Origin: Octopus bimaculoides
Taxonomy: Eukaryota
Reading direction: 5' to 3'
DNA length: 55,302 nucleotides
Assembly: GCF_001194135.2 (NCBI RefSeq)
Contig: NC_068984.1
Location: 129,220,740 to 129,276,041 of the forward strand
In this document: positions 48,760 to 55,302 of the stretch, one piece after another
How positions within the stretch are numbered: position 1 is the stretch's first letter
How the letters are laid out: every line of letters begins with the position of its first letter
The notes under the pieces: model-generated
What the model was told of the DNA's origin: nothing
The model's input: the letters and a program-made list of their open reading frames with translations, nothing else
Database searches by the model: none
Translations under genes and position numbers: made by a program

Positions 48760-49135
48760 TCGGTGATGTTTTTGGAATCTTAGTGAGTTTCAAGTCGTTT
48801 AGCATCTGATTGCCTTCCCCACCAGTCGACCCAGCCGGGGTTGACCAAATCTTAGCTTGCATCCCAGTAAAGTAACAGCAAACAACTGGTCTGCTCTCTT
48901 TATCCAAAGCCCCCTTGCAGTTTCAGTGAGGGAATTTATGATCCTCCTCTTTTCTACACAAGTAACTCCTATCCCAGGCAGAACCTTCGCAGAATAAACA
49001 CTCCACTTCAGTTACCCCGCAACAGGCATACCAGCCGTGATTTCTACACAGCTCTGCCAGCTCCTAGTATTTGGCAAGCTTCTTCTCATGAGTCCCCTCC
49101 ATGTGTTTTTCCAAAGTACAGTCAGTTTCCACCCA
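48760..49135 (-). mobile_element. Hero/NeSL-like RLE non-LTR retrotransposon, C-terminal fragment
   Basis: Frameshifted translation KLTVLWK/NMEGTHEKKLAKY*ELAELCRNHGWYACCGVTEVEC matches the ELTVPWEE.MEEA.ERK..KY.EL...C...GW...VEVG motif. Confidence 0.75.
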
Positions 49136-49156
49136 CACACACACACACACACACTT

Positions 49157-49295
49157 ACATAGTTAACAAAAAGTAAATAAAGTTGGAAAAGGTACATGAG
49201 TATATTTTAGAGTATGTTTAATGAAATATAACCGGTTTCGGTGTAAAATATACTTCTGTACCTTTTCCAACTTTACATTTTTTAACTATAATTTT
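49157..49295. repeat. Inverted repeat with ~50-bp arms and a perfect 18-bp core
   Basis: aaagttggaaaaggtaca at 49179-49196 and tgtaccttttccaacttt at 49257-49274. Confidence 0.85.
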
Positions 49296-49405
49296 TATTT
49301 ATATGGACGCCTAACCAATTTTCATATATATATATGTGTGTGTGTGTGTTATTGATGATGATGCTGATGATAATATGAAAAAAATTGAAGATCGCTATAT
49401 TAGAG

Positions 49406-49701
49406 CAGGGGTTTTCAAACTTTTTGACTTGCGGACCCCTTTATATTTCAGGTTTTACCTTAGGGACCCCCTTATAAACGCTTATGAAATTTATACATAA
49501 ATATTTGCTTAAAATAACATATATTTTTACATTTATTTATTTAACAGTATTTAACAAATAGGTTTATTGTCAATTAAAAAATTTCGATTAAAAAACATAT
49601 ATAAAATCAAATTGCCCATAAAAAGTATTTGCTGTCCACGGACTCCTTGTCTTGTCCTTGCGGACCCCTGTGGTCCGCGGACCACAGTTTGAAAACCCCT
49701 G
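49406..49701. mobile_element. hAT-superfamily MITE, complete
   Basis: Perfect 15-bp TIR CAGGGGTTTTCAAAC. Left flank is tattagag; right flank is tatt followed by N, consistent with an 8-bp TSD. Confidence 0.88.
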
Positions 49702-50138
49702 TATTNNNNNNNNNNNNNNNNNNNNNNNNNNNNNNNNNNNNNNNNNNNNNNNNNNNNNNNNNNNNNNNNNNNNNNNNNNNNNNNNNNNNNNNNNNNNNNN
49801 NNNNNNNNNNNNNNNNNNNNNNNNNNNNNNNNNNNNNNNNNNNNNNNNNNNNNNNNNNNNNNNNNNNNNNNNNNNNNNNNNNNNNNNNNNNNNNNNNNNN
49901 NNNNNNNNNNNNNNNNNNNNNNNNNNNNNNNNNNNNNNNNNNNNNNNNNNNNNNNNNNNNNNNNNNNNNNNNNNNNNNNNNNNNNNNNNNNNNNNNNNNN
50001 NNNNNNNNNNNNNNNNNNNNNNNNNNNNNNNNNNNNNNNNNNNNNNNNNNNNNNNNNNNNNNNNNNNNNNNNNNNNNNNNNNNNNNNNNNNNNNNNNNNN
50101 NNNNNNNNNNNNNNNNNNNNNNNNNNNNNNNNNNNNNN

Positions 50139-50178
<40 letters not shown>

Positions 50179-50182
50179 AGTA

Positions 50183-50263
50183 CAGTATTTTTTCTACTTT
50201 GCGGATTTTCAGCTATCGCGGGGTGTTTTGGAACATAACACCCGCGATAGTCGAGGGCTACTG
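50183..50263 (-). mobile_element. Tigger/MER2-like MITE end with internal hairpin
   Basis: Reverse complement TA|CAGTAGCCCTCGACTATCGCGG. Hairpin ctatcgcggggtgtt / aacacccgcgatag. Confidence 0.6.
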
Positions 50264-50707
50264 TAACACAAAAAGTTTATCTATTCATGGTGAAAAATAA
50301 AGCCCTCTATACTAATGAATCTTTATTATATAACTGCCATGAGACTGGCAGTACACCAGGAATAGTTAAGTTGTATGTGTGCGTGTGTATGTGTGTGAGT
50401 TAGGGAAGTTAAAGTTAACGCTCCTCTCTTGCACAGCTGTTCACCTACAACTAGCAATGAGCATCTTTAGGAGCTGTTTTTCATTAAGTAATATGATATA
50501 AAAATTTGGCGACTTTAGAATAAATAAAATCTGACCATTTATCTGTAGAAGTGTGCAAGCGCATGCATCCTTGAGAAGGAGTTTGCTTCCCAACCACAGG
50601 CTTTCGGGCTCAGTCTCATAACATGGCACAGTGAGAAATTCTTCTACTATAGCCCCTGGTCGACTAAAGCCTTGTGGGTGGATTTAGTAGCCAGAAACGT
50701 AAATATG

Positions 50708-50942
50708 TAAGGCGGCGAGCTGGCAGAAACGTTAGCACGCCGGGCGAAATGCTTAGCGGTATTTCGCCTGCCGCTACGTTCTGAGTTCAAATTCCGCCGA
50801 GATCGACTTTGCCTTTCATCCTTTCGGGGTTTATTAAATAAGTACCAGTTACGCACTGGTTCGATATAATCGACTTAATCCATCTGTCTGTCCTTGTTTG
50901 TCCCCTCTATGTTTAGCCCCTTGTGGGCAGTCAAGAAATAAA
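50708..50942 (+). mobile_element. SINE-A long-tail variant with 13-bp TSD, directly after a SINE-B head (about 50560-50700)
   Basis: aaacgtaaatatg at 50695-50707 and 50943-50955. Confidence 0.9.
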
Positions 50943-51413
50943 AAACGTAAATATGCACGTGTGTACTTCTTTGTGTTTGTGCCTGTATCCCNNNNNNNNN
51001 NNNNNNNNNNNNNNNNNNNNNNNNNNNNNNNNNNNNNNNNNNNNNNNNNNNNNNNNNNNNNNNNNNNNNNNNNNNNNNNNNNNNNNNNNNNNNNNNNNNN
51101 NNNNNNNNNNNNNNNNNNNNNNNNNNNNNNNNNNNNNNNNNNNNNNNNNNNNNNNNNNNNNNNNNNNNNNNNNNNNNNNNNNNNNNNNNNNNNNNNNNNN
51201 NNNNNNNNNNNNNNNNNNNNNNNNNNNNNNNNNNNNNNNNNNNNNNNNNNNNNNNNNNNNNNNNNNNNNNNNNNNNNNNNNNNNNNNNNNNNNNNNNNNN
51301 NNNNNNNNNNNNNNNNNNNNNNNNNNNNNNNNNNNNNNNNNNNNNNNNNNNNNNNNNNNNNNNNNNNNNCTATATATGCGTTTATATGCCGAAATAAGAT
51401 GGCGTCAAGTAAT

Positions 51414-51736
51414 TAGGGCCGACGCTAGGAAGCGTGACGCCCAAGTAGAGAACTGTCAATGCGGTCCTCTACTCTACAACAGCTAAAAATTGATATTTTA
51501 TTCTTCGTGTAATACGCCAGTCCCAGCAAGAAAGCGTTGAGGGTTTGAGGCTCCACCATTAACCACAATGATATGCTAAAAATTCATCATAGCGCCTTCT
51601 GCTCGAACATGGGCGCGGGGCCCTCTCTTGGCGCGGGGCCCTCTCTTGGCGCGGGGCCCTCTCTTGGCGCGGGGCCCTCTCTTGGCGCGGGGCACAATTT
51701 GAACAAATATTTTTAATTGGTTTAAAACAGGCGCTG
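51414..51736. mobile_element. hAT-like MITE carrying an 18-bp GC-rich tandem array
   Basis: Ends TAGGGCCGACGCTAG ... TTAAAACAGGCGCTG. Flanks caagtaat (51406-51413) and caagtaag (51737-51744). Confidence 0.65.
51612..51693. repeat. Perfect 18-bp minisatellite (ggcgcggggccctctctt) x4.5
   Basis: Units start at 51612, 51630, 51648 and 51666, with a partial unit at 51684. Confidence 0.97.
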
Positions 51737-52528
51737 CAAGTAAGAAAACTATGCTTCCCTAAAGAGTTCTGCGAAGACCGAAATATCCGGCATTCTCATC
51801 AGACTCTGTCACTCCTCGTTGCATGCCATTTAAATTTTTATTAATTTCTAAATTAATCTTAATTAATTCGAATTCTGGAGTTCTCTCACTTGTATTTATT
51901 GATAAGAATTTATCATTAAGTCACTAGGTTATATTTTTCTCCTCACTATGGTTGTAATATTAGTAAATAAGAATTATCCACCTCATTACATTAAGTATGT
52001 TAACACCCACTTAATTATCAGTTGATATGTTATGGTTTCATATCTATAGCATCTCTTTAATAGTTTTTATGTATCTGGGGAACCTAATTTTCCAGATTCA
52101 GTTCATACGTGAGGAATGTATAGCAGTTCTTAAAAGAATGTTGCTTACAATTTATCAAAAAAGCGAATCACCTTTCACTCGCTGAACTCTAGTGAATGAG
52201 TCCGTTGTGATTTATGCGTTTTTATCAGTGGTAGTGTAGGTATCTCGTCAACTCGGCAAAAACACCAGTGCGTGTGTGGTTGGGGTGTGTGTGTGTGCGT
52301 ACGTATTTGTGTGTTGTGTGTGCATATATGTGTGTGTATGCACTCACACACACACACACCACAAATATAAAATTTCATGAACGTGTTATTGATATTTACC
52401 CATTCATACAAACACACACACACGTGCATATACATACATATGTGTGTGTATATATATGTGTGTGTGTGTGTGTGTGTATGTATATGTATTTATATATATT
52501 TATATATATATATATATANNNNNNNNNN

Positions 52529-52590
<62 letters not shown>

Positions 52591-53187
52591 CCATAATCAA
52601 TAGTTCTTGCTGGAAATATGAGCATGAAGATGAGTTTAACTACCTCATCAGTGAGTTCCACTGAATTTTCAAACGTGTGAATGACAAGATGTTGTTCATT
52701 GTGCACTCGAATTTTTTTAAACCTTGTATTATGTTCGCTAAGAAGGTTCCAGCTGTAATTTCCGGGTTTTTATTTCATATATTAATAAACAAATACAGAA
52801 CACTCCTGTCCAGAGTGCAAGTTATGCCATCAAGCAGCGAGATGACGTGTTCATTCGTGAAAATACTGCTCGTAGCACAGCGACGGCTTTCATACTGTAG
52901 TTGCAGCTTAACTTAAGATGCAGTTTGCGTGCGTTTCATAGAAGCCTGTTGTTATAGTAAACTATCTCCTGTGATGCAGCCCGTTAATAGCAAAGTTTTT
53001 GGCAGCCACAAAATCCATCGTCTGAGGTGATAGTTTCAGTTTCTCTTCTGATCAGTTGAGTTGTTATGTGGAGCATTATGAAGTCATTAACCTTGCGTTT
53101 TTGCAGATGGTTGCTCTTCACCCCATGTGCCCTTTCCTTGTTCATTATTGTTCATAGTTGTCCAAGTCTCTCTACAGATCTTGTTAT

Positions 53188-53568
53188 GTTGTTGGCACTC
53201 CGTCGCTTACGACGTCGAGGGTTCCAGTTCATTCCGATCAACGGAACAGCCTGCTCGTGAAATTAACGTGCAAATGACTGAGCACTCCACAGACACGTGT
53301 ACCCTTAACGTAGTTCTCGGGGATATTCAGCGTGACACAGAGTGTGACAAGGCTGACCCTTTGAATTACAGGCACAACAGAAACAGGAAGAGTGAGAGGA
53401 AGTTGTGGTGAAAGAGTACAGCAGGGTTCGCCACCATCCCCTGCCGGAGCCTCGTAGAGCTTTAGGTGTTTTCGTTCAATAAACACTCACAACGCCCGGT
53501 CTGGGAATCGAAACCGTGATCCTTTGACCGCGAGTCCACTGCCATAACCACTGGGCCATTGCGCCTCC
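53188..53568 (-). mobile_element. Full-length tRNA-headed SINE (head A' plus tail X)
   Basis: Highly similar to 34983-35373. TSD agatcttgttat at 53176-53187 and agatcgtgttat at 53571-53582. Confidence 0.9.
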
Positions 53569-53639
53569 CTAGATCGTGTTATATATGAAGGATAAATACT
53601 CTCTGATCCTATCAGATTTATTGTTATGGTTACATCCAG

Positions 53640-53860
53640 AAGATTGGTTTCAAATTTTGGCATAAGGCCGGCAATTTCGGTGAGGAGGATAAGTCAAGTA
53701 CATCGACCCCAGTGATCAACTGGTACTTATTTTATCAACCCCGAATGAGATGTGAGGTAAAGTCAACCTCGGCGGAATTTGAACTCAGAACACAAAGACG
53801 AACGAAGTGCCGCTTAGCATTTTATCCAGCTTGCTAAATATTCTGTCAGCTCGCAGCCTT
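53640..53860 (-). mobile_element. SINE-A copy
   Basis: Match to the family consensus. Confidence 0.8.
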
Positions 53861-53969
53861 GATTACGTCCAGAATATTAGTCTAATTTTTATTTAATTAA
53901 TTCTTTCTCTTACTGATAACTTGTAATTCTGATATGGCAGTTCCAGGCTTGGTAGATTTCTGTTATTTT

Positions 53970-54097
53970 TCAAGCGCTGAGTACTCTACTATGTTTTTTG
54001 CATTTCGGTCTCTCAAATGTCTTTCGCCAGTCATCTGACAAGGTTTTCATCGTAACAAATTCTTTAATGTTGGCGGCTTCAAAGTCACTTTTATTTG
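53970..54097 (-). CDS. Weak candidate exon: ANKSDFEAANIKEFVTMKTLSDDWRKTFERPKCKKHSRVLSA*
   Basis: Protein-like composition and an AG at 54098-54099. Acceptor is weak and no homology is recognised. Confidence 0.2.
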
Positions 54098-54168
54098 CTT
54101 ACATTAACAGTGCAAATAGTATGAAAGCACAGTTTCTTTTGTGCGTGTGTATGGGGGAGCTCTTACAG

Positions 54169-54356
54169 CTCATTACAAAAATCGAGAAGAGAATCAGCCC
54201 AAGTTTCAACTGTATGAAATTAATTCACTGAAGGATGACAGAGCAGTAAATAAATCTAAAAAGTTGACTTTGCAGGATCACTCACTCGCACCGTTGGATT
54301 TCAGCTTGGTACAGGATCCAGAAGCCAGACTTGTTGTTCAGAGCTATGCTACATGA
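54169..54356 (+). CDS. Weak candidate terminal exon: AHYKNREENQPKFQLYEINSLKDDRAVNKSKKLTLQDHSLAPLDFSLVQDPEARLVVQSYAT*
   Basis: Acceptor ctcttacag at 54160-54168, 62 open codons, and a downstream AATAAA near 54647. No recognised homology. Confidence 0.25.
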
Positions 54357-54805
54357 ATTTTGATCTACATTCTGCTAATCTGTGTCATGTCTAGAAAAAG
54401 ATAAACAGAAGATCTGATATGTTACTGTTTGGTCTAAAGCCAAAGCTTCTAGAAATTAGTTTTTCAGCAGGTAGCCTTACAGTTATTCATTATCTGTCGA
54501 TTCCATTACGTTTTTTTCTTATTATACTGAATAATGGTATGATCTGGTATTTTGAGAAATAGGCTCTAGATGCCTTCTTGTGTATAAATACCACAGAGAC
54601 GATCTTACACTTATTTAGAAATGTACCGCAAGAACAGCAAAGGTGAAATAAATGACATAGCATTCCCACAGGACTTTGGTTTGAGTTTGATCAGGATCGA
54701 TCGCTTTGTTACGTTAAAGTTCATAAGTTTCGTATTATCATTTTTGAAGATATTATATAGCATTATATCAGAAGATTGTCTGGTAGTTTATGGTTGGTCG
54801 TCAGT

Positions 54806-54844
<39 letters not shown>

Positions 54845-55187
54845 GAAAAATATGTGACACTTATTCGGTAGCCGTATCACATAATTTTACAGATAAATTC
54901 CTCTATTTATATAATATCGTGGTCTCTTTCTTTCTTTTGTTGTCCTTTCTATCAATATATATATATGCATACATACATACGTATGTGCGTGTGTATTTGC
55001 GTATATATTCTAGTGTGGTGAACTTACGTTTCGTACAACTGTTGGTATGGTCTGGCGTTAGTTACAACCGACCAAATGAAATCATTTATATTCTATAATA
55101 TTGAGTACTTTTGAGTATATTTCGTCATTACTATTACTAAAATACATACATATATGTATGTGTGCATGCATACTAGTACATATGTAC

Positions 55188-55235
<48 letters not shown>

Positions 55236-55302
55236 GAGTTATTAATATTTCTAAGTCTCTCTAAAGGAGACTACGGCAGCGGTACTGGAAATTAATAGTT
55301 AT

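Noticed and set aside
51612-51693. Direct-repeat array as a possible CRISPR
   Set aside because: The units are contiguous with no spacers, the context is eukaryotic, and there are no cas genes.
51790-52660. Other CTGATGA occurrences on the minus strand (near 51800 and 52645) as hammerheads
   Set aside because: No downstream stem II plus GAAA arrangement.
54050-54110. ANKSD as an Arf/Arl NKxD GTPase motif
   Set aside because: An in-frame stop lies immediately upstream, and no other G-box motifs are nearby.

Overview
AT-rich eukaryotic genomic DNA, most likely a cephalopod (Octopus). This is inferred from the tRNA-headed SINE families and the very dense (TA)n/(CA)n/(TATG)n microsatellites; it was not confirmed by any search. 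About 4.7 kb is N, in 18 gaps, most of them flanked by microsatellites. Almost all ORFs in the supplied track are microsatellite, gap or SINE artefacts, and no gene can be named with confidence. The window is mainly a graveyard of mobile elements: (1) roughly 35 copies or fragments of a ~200-240 bp tRNA-headed SINE (called SINE-A here), several with clear 11-18 bp target-site duplications (TSDs); (2) about 9 copies or fragments of a longer CORE-like SINE (SINE-B); (3) a modular SINE set in which two heads combine with two tails in all four ways; (4) LINE fossils of the CR1-like, RTE, R4/Dong and Hero-like types; (5) DNA transposon fossils (pogo/Tigger, Merlin) and MITEs (Tc1/mariner, hAT). The most interesting signal is a convergent pair of minimal type I hammerhead-ribozyme motifs at 27974-28013 (+) and 28421-28465 (-), with two further decayed motifs. 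Their form matches Penelope-like element termini. A few possible exons (6194-6343, 46963-47150, 53970-54097 on the minus strand; 54169-54356 on the plus strand) may belong to long-intron genes but are unproven.
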